From Histomonas meleagridis 2922-C6/04-290x (taxonomy: Eukaryota; Protista; Parabasalia), in the NCBI GenBank assembly GCA_020184695.1, contig JAANOX010000278.1:62001-126000 (forward strand): a stretch of DNA of 64,000 bases. Direction: 5' to 3'. The notes beneath the pieces were generated by a model. It did not search any database and had not been told where the DNA came from. It saw only the letters and a list, made by a program, of their open reading frames with translations. A program made the position numbers and the translations under genes. Every line of letters starts with the position of its first letter. Position 1 is the stretch's first letter. This document shows positions 46,681 through 58,185 of this stretch, one piece after another.

Positions 46681-49176
46681 ATGAGGGGGTCTATTCCCTC
46701 AAGCTTTTTTGATGAGTCAAATCAAGGCTTTCAAAGAAGAAAAATCGAAAGGTTCCGATCACCAGAAAGTGGTCATAGAACCACAAAAGAACATTATGAA
46801 ACAAATCAAGATATGACTGATGTAGGAATTCCCCCTTTTTTACAAAATTCTTATTTACAAGGGACACCACCACCGAAGGTAACTCAACTTCGGCCTTGGC
46901 AAAAAGAACTTCTTTTAAGTGATGATTGGAAAAGTAATAAAAATGCAATTATCTTAGTTCCAACATCTGGTGGTAAAACATTAGCGGCTGATGTTGCTTT
47001 TGCTCAACAATTAGAACAAGACCCAGAATCCAAAATGATTTTTTCATTACCATTTGTTTCACTTGCATCAGAAAAAGCACTTGAATATCGTTCACGTTTT
47101 AACAAATTCCATGTTCGCCCATTCTATCAAAATGTTGGTGGTATGGATTTTCGTCGTGGTAACATTGCAGTTTGCACATTTGAGAAAGTTCACTCACTTC
47201 TTAACAGTGCAATTCGCGATGGATACATCAGCAAGTTCAAAGTTATTGTGATAGACGAGATACATATGATAGGCGAGTCAGAGCGTGGCGCTGTCATCGA
47301 GTCCATCATCGTGAAGCTTCTGTTACTTCGTCCGCACATCAACATCCGCATCATCGGCCTAACCGCCACATTGAACGTTGCGGACGTTAAGCGAATTTCA
47401 ACGTGGATTAACGGTTTCTCCTATGTGTGCTCACAAAGACCTTCTCCAATCAAAAACTATTTCAAGGCATCGAATGGCGATCTTTACATACTTGAGAATG
47501 GTGTACAAAGGCAAATACTTAAGTTAAATTCAATACCAGAAGATAACAAACATATTTTACACCCAGTTAGAACATGTCTTTCACAACATCCTTCAAGTAC
47601 TGTTTTGGTCTTTGTTAACACACGTAAACTAACTGTTCAGGTGGCACTTTTCATAGCGCGACATTTATTTGATGAAAATAATTCATTACCACAGATTCAA
47701 CAACCATCAACACGGCTTTCTGCGTCACGAGACTTATTAATTCAACGACTTTCCAAGCTTGAAACTGGTATTGATCCCAACATTGGTCGATGCATCAAAT
47801 CAGGCGTTGCATTTCATCATGCAGGAATGTTATTAGAAGAACGAAAGCTTATCGAAGATGCAGCGCGTGATTCTGTGATCTCTATAATCGTAGCTACCAC
47901 AACTTTATCTGCCGGAATTAATATACGAAGTGTATCCAGAGTAATCATTTATGACTTATATCGACAGGGGAACATATTAATACCGAATTCGGTCTTTATT
48001 CAAATGGCTGGACGAGCAGGACGAAATGAGTTAATTGGCGGCGATGTCTTTATCTTAGCCCGGACAACAAATGAACGTGAAATACAAGACGCGTGTGCCT
48101 TATCACGCAATGAAATCGAGAATATAACACCACAACTTTTTATGTCTGAGAAATCATCAGATCGATATTTTTTACAATGTTTATATTTAGGCTTATTACC
48201 GAACGTTTTCGACTTTGTTAACAATTCGTTGCAATTTTATAATGATAATGAATCGGATGAAAGCGCAAAACAAAAAATAATTAATGAAATTGTTTTCCGT
48301 TTATTAACAAATAATTTAATAGAAAAAAATGTAACAAAAGAAGATTTGATAATATATAAACCTACAAAACTTGGAACAGCTATAGCGAGCTCAACATTAT
48401 CTATTGATGAAGGTTTGGAACTTAAAGAGACAATTGATAATTTGCAAGAAAAATTATATCTGAAAGATGACGTTCATTTGTTATATTTGTGTATCCCAAC
48501 GAATTTGACGACATATGAAAAGACTCCGTCATATGATAATAAGATTTGGAACATATTAATTAATGAACATTATGAAGTGTTGAAACTGATAACGAAGTTG
48601 GACAATAAAATGTTCGAAAGACACTTCATAATTACGTTAAAAAATGGTAATCGAAAAGGTATTACAAAAGAATTATTGAAATTGGATAATTTGTTGGATC
48701 GGTTTTTTTACGCTTGTATATTGGGGAAATTGATATCAGAGATACCAATCATTAGCTTAATGAATGAATTTAACATCGAAAGAGGAACAATCCAAATGCT
48801 GCAGATGAAGGCCGCAAACTTTGCCAACCAAAGCTTTAAATTCTGTGAAATTAACGGTTATAGCACGTTAAGCAAGGCACTGAACACGTTTAAAGACCGT
48901 TTAAACTTCGGAGTGAAAAATGAATTGTTACCTTTGATGAAATTGCCTTCTTGTAATAAGGAAATCGCTAGAACTTTGATAATAAATAGAATTATGACGC
49001 CTATTGAATTGGCGGAATATTCATCTGATTTCATTTTGGAATTGGTGGTAAATGGAAATAAAAATTTGAAAAATAATAAGAAATTCGAAGAAATGATATG
49101 CAAAATTATCGAGGAAGCTAAGAACGTGGCAAAAAGTTTGAACATAATAGATGATATAGAAAATAATATGAAATAA
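46681..49176 (+). CDS. Ski2-like SF2 DNA helicase, HELQ/Hel308 (Pol theta helicase-like)
   Basis: PTSGGKT, VIDEIHMIGESERG, GLTATL, GVAFHHAGM, ATTTLSAGINI, QMAGRAGR and RLNFGVKNELLPLM. No polymerase domain. Confidence 0.9.
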   Translation: MRGSIPSSFFDESNQGFQRRKIERFRSPESGHRTTKEHYETNQDMTDVGIPPFLQNSYLQGTPPPKVTQLRPWQKELLLSDDWKSNKNAIILVPTSGGKTLAADVAFAQQLEQDPESKMIFSLPFVSLASEKALEYRSRFNKFHVRPFYQNVGGMDFRRGNIAVCTFEKVHSLLNSAIRDGYISKFKVIVIDEIHMIGESERGAVIESIIVKLLLLRPHINIRIIGLTATLNVADVKRISTWINGFSYVCSQRPSPIKNYFKASNGDLYILENGVQRQILKLNSIPEDNKHILHPVRTCLSQHPSSTVLVFVNTRKLTVQVALFIARHLFDENNSLPQIQQPSTRLSASRDLLIQRLSKLETGIDPNIGRCIKSGVAFHHAGMLLEERKLIEDAARDSVISIIVATTTLSAGINIRSVSRVIIYDLYRQGNILIPNSVFIQMAGRAGRNELIGGDVFILARTTNEREIQDACALSRNEIENITPQLFMSEKSSDRYFLQCLYLGLLPNVFDFVNNSLQFYNDNESDESAKQKIINEIVFRLLTNNLIEKNVTKEDLIIYKPTKLGTAIASSTLSIDEGLELKETIDNLQEKLYLKDDVHLLYLCIPTNLTTYEKTPSYDNKIWNILINEHYEVLKLITKLDNKMFERHFIITLKNGNRKGITKELLKLDNLLDRFFYACILGKLISEIPIISLMNEFNIERGTIQMLQMKAANFANQSFKFCEINGYSTLSKALNTFKDRLNFGVKNELLPLMKLPSCNKEIARTLIINRIMTPIELAEYSSDFILELVVNGNKNLKNNKKFEEMICKIIEEAKNVAKSLNIIDDIENNMK

Positions 49177-49568
49177 ATTGTTTGTATTATATAAATGAAT
49201 TTTTTTTAATTGTAACAATATGTGAATGACTTTATCTAAAAATAAGAGAAGTTAATTACAATAATTTCTTTTTGGTGCTTGTTATAATGTTTTGTAAATT
49301 TACATAATGGAAGAATGTGTTTAATATAAATGTATAAAGTTGCATGAGAAAAGTAGATTACATATAACTTCTCTAGAAACTTCACGCATAATTCCAATGC
49401 TTTTTAAAATACATGTAAAAGCATCATAAAAAAGCAGAAAGGCCTTTTAATAAAATGATTTTACTTTTAAAAGTTCAGAAATATTAAGATAAAAGCAAAT
49501 ATATTATATATAACAACGAATGCATTTTCTTATGGAAAAACACAATTATTGATAATCATTTATTCGCA

Positions 49569-50612
49569 TTAACACTTTATATTTACAATTGCCTTTCCTG
49601 TTTCCTTATATTCGCACATTGTTATTGCAATCTTATCAAACAGTTGCACCTCTCCAATCGCCGCGCCTCCGATCCACACCGCATTTTCTCTTTCAACATT
49701 CGCCAAAACTTTAACTTTTCGATTAAATATATTTTTCGGCGCAATTTTCTTTATTTCTCCTTCGATTCTTTCAGGGAATCCCTTTAACATTGTATTTCCG
49801 CCAGCAATAAATATTTGTCCATACAACAAATTTCGTTCAGTTTTACTTTTAATACTTTTTATCGATTTATTTATCATTTTATGCAATCCATGTGATGAGT
49901 CAAAAAGAATTTCGGCGCATTCGAATAATTCTTTAGATAATGTGATTTCATGTTCATTAGGAAGTAATATTTTAGTGAATGGAATCGATTTGGACGATGA
50001 TTTAGTAGCGACATATGCATATTTCTCTTTGATGTCTCGGACAATTTGGAGCCCAGAAGCTGAAGCAAGACTGCTATCATGGCTGGAAATAAGTTTTTGA
50101 AGCTGAGTGGTCACATCAAAGCCTGAAAGTTCAATTCGATTGGCAGAATTCATAATTTGAACTCCATCAATAACTGGAAGAGAACAAGAAACACCGTCAC
50201 CAGAAACAAAAACAAGCATGTTGAGAAGACCTGATGAATATAAAGCAAGAACAGCTTCATTTGTAGTATAATATGTAGGTATATTAAAGGTTTCGAAAAG
50301 AAGTTCTGCCATCTTCTCTCGTTTTTGTTTGGGGTTAAACATTGTTTCCGAAAGAATCGTTGGACGTTGGGATGGATCAGTTTTTAATTTATCGAAATAT
50401 ATGTAATGGAGAAGCTTTTCCATATCATCCCAATTTGTGACAACGCCACGATTAATTGGACCCTGGAAACATTGTGTTTTTTTTAAATCGTTATCAACAT
50501 TTTTAATTAATGCGTCAACAGGTTGAAAAACTGTTGGATTTTGATTTCCTGAAAAGCCAATTTTACATCTCACTGAACCACAATCTATTACAATTGCTTT
50601 TGTTTCTTCCAC
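49569..50612 (-). CDS. Divergent actin-related protein
   Basis: IVIDCGS..KIGFSG, PINRGVVTNWDDMEKL, LSETMFNP..REKMAELLFETFNIP, AGGNTMLKGFPERI and VWIGGA. The frame opens with GTG; there is no upstream in-frame ATG. Confidence 0.85.
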   Translation of the reverse strand: MEETKAIVIDCGSVRCKIGFSGNQNPTVFQPVDALIKNVDNDLKKTQCFQGPINRGVVTNWDDMEKLLHYIYFDKLKTDPSQRPTILSETMFNPKQKREKMAELLFETFNIPTYYTTNEAVLALYSSGLLNMLVFVSGDGVSCSLPVIDGVQIMNSANRIELSGFDVTTQLQKLISSHDSSLASASGLQIVRDIKEKYAYVATKSSSKSIPFTKILLPNEHEITLSKELFECAEILFDSSHGLHKMINKSIKSIKSKTERNLLYGQIFIAGGNTMLKGFPERIEGEIKKIAPKNIFNRKVKVLANVERENAVWIGGAAIGEVQLFDKIAITMCEYKETGKAIVNIKC

Positions 50613-50735
50613 AACTTTAAATACGATAGAAAATTTGAATGATTAAAACGATTTTGAATTTTGACTTGTTTTTGATCGTTTTTGTTGAATATAAATGTGT
50701 CAAATAAAATTCAAACAAATAATTAATGTCAGCAA

Positions 50736-52712
50736 ATGGATGATTCTATCAACAAACTTATTGATGTTTTCTATCACAATAAAATCCAGGATCCAAATGC
50801 TGCCATCATAAACATGGATTACAATAATTTTGTGACACAATTTAAAAAAGGATTAAATAAAAAAATTTTAGATTTATCAAGGCAAAACATAGGAATGAAT
50901 ATTTTAAATCAACTACCAAAAATTCTTAGACAGTTAAAAGACATTCGAAATATTCAGCTATATGGAAACTCAATTGGTGATGGAGGGATAAGTAATCTGT
51001 TTCAAATTTTATATTCCAATCCAAATATTACTGTTTTAAATATTGGATGTAACGCACTTACAGATCAGTCATTTACTTCAATTATTGATATTATAACATC
51101 TAGTTCAATTGTATCACTTCAAATTGGAGGAAAAGATGGTCGCTTCAATAAATTTAGTATTTTTTCAATCAAAGAAATATTACATGCAATTCGTGAAACA
51201 GAAAGAATTAGCTGCTTAGGAATTGGTGGCATCAAACTTAGCATTAGAGAATTTGGGAGAAGAAGAACGATAGCTCAGAAACTTGCCACTTTTGTTCGTA
51301 AGTACAGAAAATTGAGAACGCTGTCAATTTTTGATTGTGGTTTTAATCAAGAAGAAATGGAATTATTCATTAATAATGGACTTCTTACAAATGATCAATT
51401 ACAAAACTTAGATGTTCATATGTTACCGATGTCAGATCGTGTTGGTAATAATTTTATGCATAATTTATATCAAATGCATAATCTACGATATATTGATTTA
51501 AGTTATTGTCAATTAAATTCTCAATCTGGAATAGAACTTTCCACATCTCTAAACCAAATGAAATATTTAACATCGATTAATTTAAGTCATAATGAAATTC
51601 GTGATTTAGGATTTATTGAAATATTAAAAGTTCTTTTAACAAATGATATTATCACAGAAATTGATATTTCATATAATTCGATTGGACCGAAAATATCAAA
51701 TTATTTATCACAATTAATTTCAGATAATAAAGTATTATATTCGATAAACTTAAGTGGAAATTATATTTGTGATGAAGGAGCAAAATCAATTTCTTTATCG
51801 ATAGAAACAAATGAATCAATAAAAAAGTTATATTTATCATCATGTAAAATCTCTGATGATGGAGCAATTAATTTATGTAAATCACTTTCAAGGAACAAAA
51901 CATTAAACTGTTTAAAAATTAATGATAATTTCATTAATAGAGAAACTGGTTATGAAATAATAAATTCTCTTCGTGAAAATAATAACATTATAATTCTCGA
52001 TTTAACTTCAACACAAATTGATCATTTTGTTATTCAAGCAGCAACAAATTTATGTAAACGTAATAAACAAATACAAAAAGAAAAGAATTTTTTACCACTG
52101 AAAAAACAAATTATTCAATTGTCTATTCAACAAACAAAAATTCCTGAAGCTGAAATGCAATTAAATTCTTTGGATTCGACACTTAAAGATTTGGAAAATA
52201 ATATAAATGATGTTAACCAAACAATGGAAACAATTGAAAATCAATTAAATAAAAAAATATCAAAATTAGAAAAGGCTATAAGTGAAATAGAAATAGATAT
52301 TAATGAAAAAGAAAAATCAATTCAATCAAATGAAGATAAAAAACAAAAAATGGAAAATGAATTTAATGATAAATATAACGAAATTATCGAAAATACTGAA
52401 AAAGAAAAAAATTTAATTCATGCGCTTGAAAAAGAATCAAATGAATTGGATGAAAATAATATCGAATTTAATAAAGAATATAATATTAAAAAAGATGAAT
52501 TAGAAAAAGAACTTCAAAATTTGGTAAAAATTTTGGAAGAAACAAAAAATGTTCGAAACGATCCAATTGCTATAAAAGATTATGAAATGCCTGATTTAGA
52601 CTTCTTAAAGGACTTTAACGAAGATGAAGAGAAAATCTTCATCGTAGATGATGTAATAAACAAAAAAGAACAAAAAAAGAAGAAAAAAAGCAAAAAGAAA
52701 AAGAAAAAATAA
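50736..52712 (+). CDS. RNI-like leucine-rich repeat protein with a C-terminal coiled coil and K-rich tail
   Basis: LxxLxLxxNxIxDxG repeats, heptad region and terminal KKKKKSKKKKKK. Confidence 0.85.
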   Translation: MDDSINKLIDVFYHNKIQDPNAAIINMDYNNFVTQFKKGLNKKILDLSRQNIGMNILNQLPKILRQLKDIRNIQLYGNSIGDGGISNLFQILYSNPNITVLNIGCNALTDQSFTSIIDIITSSSIVSLQIGGKDGRFNKFSIFSIKEILHAIRETERISCLGIGGIKLSIREFGRRRTIAQKLATFVRKYRKLRTLSIFDCGFNQEEMELFINNGLLTNDQLQNLDVHMLPMSDRVGNNFMHNLYQMHNLRYIDLSYCQLNSQSGIELSTSLNQMKYLTSINLSHNEIRDLGFIEILKVLLTNDIITEIDISYNSIGPKISNYLSQLISDNKVLYSINLSGNYICDEGAKSISLSIETNESIKKLYLSSCKISDDGAINLCKSLSRNKTLNCLKINDNFINRETGYEIINSLRENNNIIILDLTSTQIDHFVIQAATNLCKRNKQIQKEKNFLPLKKQIIQLSIQQTKIPEAEMQLNSLDSTLKDLENNINDVNQTMETIENQLNKKISKLEKAISEIEIDINEKEKSIQSNEDKKQKMENEFNDKYNEIIENTEKEKNLIHALEKESNELDENNIEFNKEYNIKKDELEKELQNLVKILEETKNVRNDPIAIKDYEMPDLDFLKDFNEDEEKIFIVDDVINKKEQKKKKKSKKKKKK

Positions 52713-53849
52713 AATTGCGGTTTATTATTAAACGTGTTTTTAATATGAATTTGGCACTTTTTGGTCGTTTAAATGTCACTTTTTAGCTAAGGCATCGAAA
52801 CCGAAGATGCTGATGTAAAGTTAATTAGAATCTATCATTTTTCTAAATCAATTCCATCATTATTTGAAATTTTTGAAAATTTTCCTGATATAATTATTAA
52901 CAATATTCATTGCACACAATCTCTGTGTGTATTGGTTCACTCCTTAACGTATAAAAGAGTGAATAAAAATTGGACGGAAGAATTAATATGTGTAAATCCA
53001 ACTGATAAAGTTCGAATCAGTCATATTTCATGCGGATTCTTTAGCATTACAAGCGTTGGCTAAAATCACCAAATATTTATGTAATCAAGATTTTTATTGT
53101 TATATTAAATGTGACTTTGCATTTAAATGAACAAATAAAATTTTTGTTTATTCCTTTTGTGAATGATTTTTTTAATTCTTTGAACTTGAGATTAATAAAT
53201 GAACAAAATAACTCTTCGATTTTAACAGAAACTATTGTGGCGGCATTAGATATTTTAGGAAATTGTATAATAAAGGAACAATTTCCTTTCGATAATTTGT
53301 TGAATTTAATGGTGAATGCTTTTCCTATTGTGGAAGGCGTCTGTTAATGTTATTACTTTTATGCATTTTTAACTTGTAACTTCGATAAAATGGAAAATGA
53401 AACAAAAATAAAATATTTGAAAATGTTCATTATTTTGTTGGTACAGCCGTATAGTAACTTGTTGGAAATGAAAATAGGTTTGGAAACTTGTAAAGTTATT
53501 TTTGACTTGTCAAAACAATTGTTTAATATTGAAGCAATTCTGAACCTTCTGAATGGTAATGAAAAAAAATTTTCGTTTTTCATGGACTCGGTACAGGAAA
53601 TTATATATGAATTTTCGGCAACAGATAAATAAAATATGTTTTGTTTGGATATTTTTGTAGTGTATAAAATCATCATTTTATTTATCAAAATTGATTCTAA
53701 TATTAGAATTATTCAAAATTATATATTTCACAAATATAAATGTGTTATCATTTGTTTTTTTCTAAAATTCTCATCCTCATACAATTAAACAAGTTATTCA
53801 TTTTAAAATAAGTGAATGAAAAATATTATTAAAACTAGTTTAAATTTAT

Positions 53850-54689
53850 TCATATATCATTAATGAATTTTTCTTCTTTGAAATCATCTGCAAAAGGATC
53901 TTCATCAATATTGGTAACAATAACGCCTGTTTCAAATGAGTTTTCATGTGGTTCGTTTCCTTCAAAACTTTCCCCTTCTATCTCACTTAAATCTTTTTTA
54001 TTTCGTAATCGAATTAATACCACAATAAGTAATATGATAATAATGACAACTATAACAACTAAAACACATGCTGCTATGGTTAATGTTGTGTTATTATTAT
54101 CATTCATAATTATTTCATTTTCATATAAAATAGTAAATGAATTAATGTAATAACTATAATAAAATGTATATGCAATAACTATGTATTCATAATATATATG
54201 TTCTGTTTGAATATAAGTAAAAATTGAATTAAATAATGAAAGCGAAAATGTCATTAAATTTGTTGATTTATAAATTAAAATTTTACTATTAATAGTAATG
54301 TTTGTTAGACCAGTGCAATAACCAAAAGCAGAATCCCCTATTTATATTATGTTTTCAGTAATTAATTTTGGGAATAAAGAACATTTATAGAATGCATAAT
54401 TTCCTATTGTCATAACTGATTCGGGAATAAAAATATCATTTAAATTAGAGCATTCATAAAATGCATAATTGCCAATTATTGTAACTGTACATCCCATTGT
54501 GACTGTATTTAATGAATTACATCTTTCAAAAACATTATTTGGAATTTCGGTGATTCCTGGATTTATAACAACAAATTTTGCTTCATATTTGCTAGTATCG
54601 ATAAAATCATTGGGATTATAAATTATAATTAAAGTAGTTCCATCATAAGATTGAAGTGAATGAGAAAAAAATAAGATATAAAATATCAT
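53850..54689 (-). pseudogene. BspA-like (TpLRR) surface protein remnant with a TM segment and acidic cytoplasmic tail
   Basis: Leader MIFYILFFSHSL; repeats ITEIPNNVFERCNSLNTV, VTIIGNYAFYECSNLNDI and VMTIGNYAFYKC; TM IAACVLVVIVVIIIILLIVVLI; tail DEDPFADDFKEE. The frame is broken between the LRRs and the TM. Confidence 0.7.
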
Positions 54690-55590
54690 GACAAAAGTAT
54701 TTTTGATTTTTAGCTTTCTTTTATATTTATTCATGAGAATTTTTGCTTTACATTTTTTTCTCCTGAATAAAAACAAAACAATTATGGTTTTAATAAAATG
54801 AAATAAAATTAATGTTGCACACATTAAAATTATATGAAAAACATTAAATTGTTCCTTTTTTAGATTATTATAAAGAAAATTGGATCTATTCAGTAACACA
54901 TCTCCAATACATTCAAACGAAGTTAAACTTTTGATGTTTATTTAATATCAAAAATTTAAATGAATATTGATTAAATTGATGAGAATTCATGATGAAATTT
55001 TCTTTTATAACTTTAATGTTCATAAAGGTTGAGCGCTGAAAGTTTCTTCTGCTATCTAATTTCATCAAAAAAAAAATTATATTTTCGAAATGCTCTTAGT
55101 TTCCCTTCATTATAAATAGCATAATTAGAAGAAAAAAGTGTGTTGATAAGAATGAAATGAATGATAAATGAAAATTCTTCTCCATAACGACAACAGGTCA
55201 CCTGACTTTTTTTCTTCAATTTAATTCAAATATTGTTTAATCAATATGATACAAAAAATCACGCACAAATAATCAATTGAAATCAATGACTCTTTATTAA
55301 GAAATAAAGAACTCAAATATAAGATTAAAATTATTAAAGGATGTTTTATTTTTATAGAAGTGAAAAAACTGATTTATGAATTTTCAGTATATCGGATTTA
55401 TCGCAAAATAAACATCAAAATAAAAAATCCATCCCTACACTCACTTTTATTATGTGGATAATATTTCGTTAAATAATTGTTTTAATCTTCAATTTGACTT
55501 TACTCAGAGTATTATGGATGTCCATAAAAAAATATCCAGCTTAGAGTGAGAATTTTCAATTAGGAAAATAATTGTAAATAATTATTGACT

Positions 55591-56559
55591 TTATTTATTA
55601 TCTAATGCATCATCTACTGCTCCAACAATCAAAGCAAGTGGCACTTTTACGGTTATTGCGTTCTTTTGGAAGAACACAATGACAACAATTGCGTCCTTCT
55701 TCGAGTCAGGTGCCGCAAACAAAAACTTTGAACCCTCCAAAGGTTTTGTCAGTTTTACTGTAATTGTTTTATTGTTGTTATCAATATTTGTGATTGATAA
55801 AAATGCGCCGTTATGAAGCGCAACAATATAACCGCACGTTACATCCCATAATTGCAGTGTACACTGGCTTAAACCAAAGGACTTGCCGCCAACCAAATGG
55901 AACTTTAGATTGTGCTTCTTTAATTGTGTCGCAATTATTATTTTTGTATCATCGACTTTAAGAAATGATTTCGGTGGAAAATTAGGATAAAAATCTGTAA
56001 GCTTTCCATCAGAATAAAGTTGCATACCATCGCTGGTTGTTAGTAAGTATCCATCAAGATAAGGTGTGATTGATGTAGCACTGACATTAAATTGTTTAAC
56101 AATGGAATAGTCATCTAAATTTACTTTAACAACAAGAAACCTACTTGGTGTAATAATAGCTATTTCAAATGGTTCGACGTTTGAGCCACAAAAACTTATT
56201 ATATCATAAACATCAGATATTAAAAATTTGGATAGAACAAGACGACGTGGACAATCAAAAACCGTGAAGTGATTACTTTCATCAAGACATATAAGCGAAG
56301 GCTGGGGCTTTGGAAGATGTGATTCATTGATGAGAATATTGGCTTGGCTACAATCAACAAGAATACAACTTGCTTGGCGTATCTTGCACATGTGTTTGTA
56401 GAAGGTATTGTGCATACCACCAAGTGGGCGATTTGCTTCAAAAGGTGAACATATCATAATATCGGTTCCCATTATGATGGCTAACACAGATCTGTCGAAT
56501 TTAACAACGTTCTCTACTTCTTGCTCAAAAACAAGTAGATTAGTTTCTTGAGGATCCAT
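55591..56559 (-). CDS. Hypothetical protein, 322 aa, beta-rich
   Basis: ATG-initiated ORF with normal codon composition; no recognised motif. Confidence 0.7.
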   Translation of the reverse strand: MDPQETNLLVFEQEVENVVKFDRSVLAIIMGTDIMICSPFEANRPLGGMHNTFYKHMCKIRQASCILVDCSQANILINESHLPKPQPSLICLDESNHFTVFDCPRRLVLSKFLISDVYDIISFCGSNVEPFEIAIITPSRFLVVKVNLDDYSIVKQFNVSATSITPYLDGYLLTTSDGMQLYSDGKLTDFYPNFPPKSFLKVDDTKIIIATQLKKHNLKFHLVGGKSFGLSQCTLQLWDVTCGYIVALHNGAFLSITNIDNNNKTITVKLTKPLEGSKFLFAAPDSKKDAIVVIVFFQKNAITVKVPLALIVGAVDDALDNK

Positions 56560-57014
56560 TTTTTATCTCTTGCGTTTTGAGTCCGCGGGCTGTTCAATAT
56601 AAGGAGACCGTTTTTCATATGCTGACACTTATTTTCTTGAAATAGATAGCATGTTGTTTTTCGAACAAAATTAATAAGTAAAGCCCAACGCCCTTGAAGC
56701 AAAAATACATTTTATTGCTTAAAAAATAGTGATTAAATTTTGATTAATAATTTTCGAATTTCATGAAAAATTAAAAAAGCTATCACTCGATTTATTTATA
56801 TGATAAAGTTTCTTTATATAAGCGTTCAAGAAAAATTATGTATAAACATTTAAAAATAAATACGATGATATCCTTAGATTGGGAATTACAAATGTTATCA
56901 TTTATTATTGTTACACTATCAATCCATTTTTAAAGTATTTTAATGAAAATCAAAAATTATTTTATTTCATTTTTAAAATATTCAAAAATTAGAATTAAAT
57001 AAAAAATATTTCTT

Positions 57015-57746
57015 TTAGTTATTTTCTTTTTCAACCCACAATAAATGATTTTCTTGCAACAATCGTAATATCATAAGTGACTCATTGTAATCTGAACTCA
57101 TCGAATCCAAATTATCAACTGTCTCTGTGAATGTACGCGATGCGAGTTCGATCGCTTGTTCATGGAAGCCCATAATTTCATATAGAAAAACGGAATAATT
57201 TAATACAACACCTAAATATGTTGACGAAGTGGGTGAAAGTTCATTCTTAGCAATGGCAAGTGCTTCATCATAACATTGACTGGCTTTGGTGATGTATTCG
57301 GAAACATCTTCGCCTTTGTTCTCACAAATATACCGGTAATAATCTCCTTGCATTTTCGCATAAAAAACTCGTTGTTCACCTGCATATGTTTGTGGTAATA
57401 ACGTGTCCTTGATAAGGTTAATAAGATCTAAGCAAATATCTTTTAATTCGCTTTTGAGAATAGTTAAATATTCAAACAACTTTTGTTGACGTGCTGGTTT
57501 GTTGTTATTAGATGGATCTTGTAAATGTGTCTCAACTTCTCGAATAGCATTTCGTCGCAATGTAACTGCATTTTTATAAACTAAAGAAAGAAGAACTTTC
57601 TCATCTTCACTTAATACTGGATTAAGTTCAATAATCTTCTTAATCATATCAATATATTCATTTTGTTCTTCCATACCTTCATTAGGAACTCCATTATTAT
57701 ATTGAATTCGAAGATAATAAATAAGTTGTTCTCGTTCGTCACTCAT
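57015..57746 (-). CDS. Divergent 14-3-3 protein
   Basis: LSEDEKVLLSLVYKN, VFYAKMQGDYYRYICE, YLGVVLNYSVFLYEI and ESLMILRLLQEN. Confidence 0.92.
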   Translation of the reverse strand: MSDEREQLIYYLRIQYNNGVPNEGMEEQNEYIDMIKKIIELNPVLSEDEKVLLSLVYKNAVTLRRNAIREVETHLQDPSNNNKPARQQKLFEYLTILKSELKDICLDLINLIKDTLLPQTYAGEQRVFYAKMQGDYYRYICENKGEDVSEYITKASQCYDEALAIAKNELSPTSSTYLGVVLNYSVFLYEIMGFHEQAIELASRTFTETVDNLDSMSSDYNESLMILRLLQENHLLWVEKENN

Positions 57747-58185
57747 ACGAAATACGTTTATTTTATATTTTTTGTAAATATCTGAAAAATATTGTAATGA
57801 TAACCGTAGTTGTAAATAAACGGCTTCCTATGATTTATGAAATATTCTGTTTTAATAAAAGATATATAAAATCTTTATCAACAAGAATCCACTATCAAAA
57901 AAAAAAAATATTATCAATTCGAAGAATAAATTAATTATCATTAAGATTAATGTTTATTTAATTTATGTACTTGATGAAAAAAAAAAAAATAATATTTTAG
58001 AATAACAAAATTTAAAAAATATATAAAATAAAAATTATTTAGCAAAATCATCAAAATTATGAATCATGAAGAAAAACGTCTTCCTCTTGTAAAAAGAATC
58101 CGTTAAAATCGATTGAAAATTAAATTCAAGAAGATTTTGGCCAAACACAACCAAAATTTTAAATATCACGATATAAATAAGGAAT

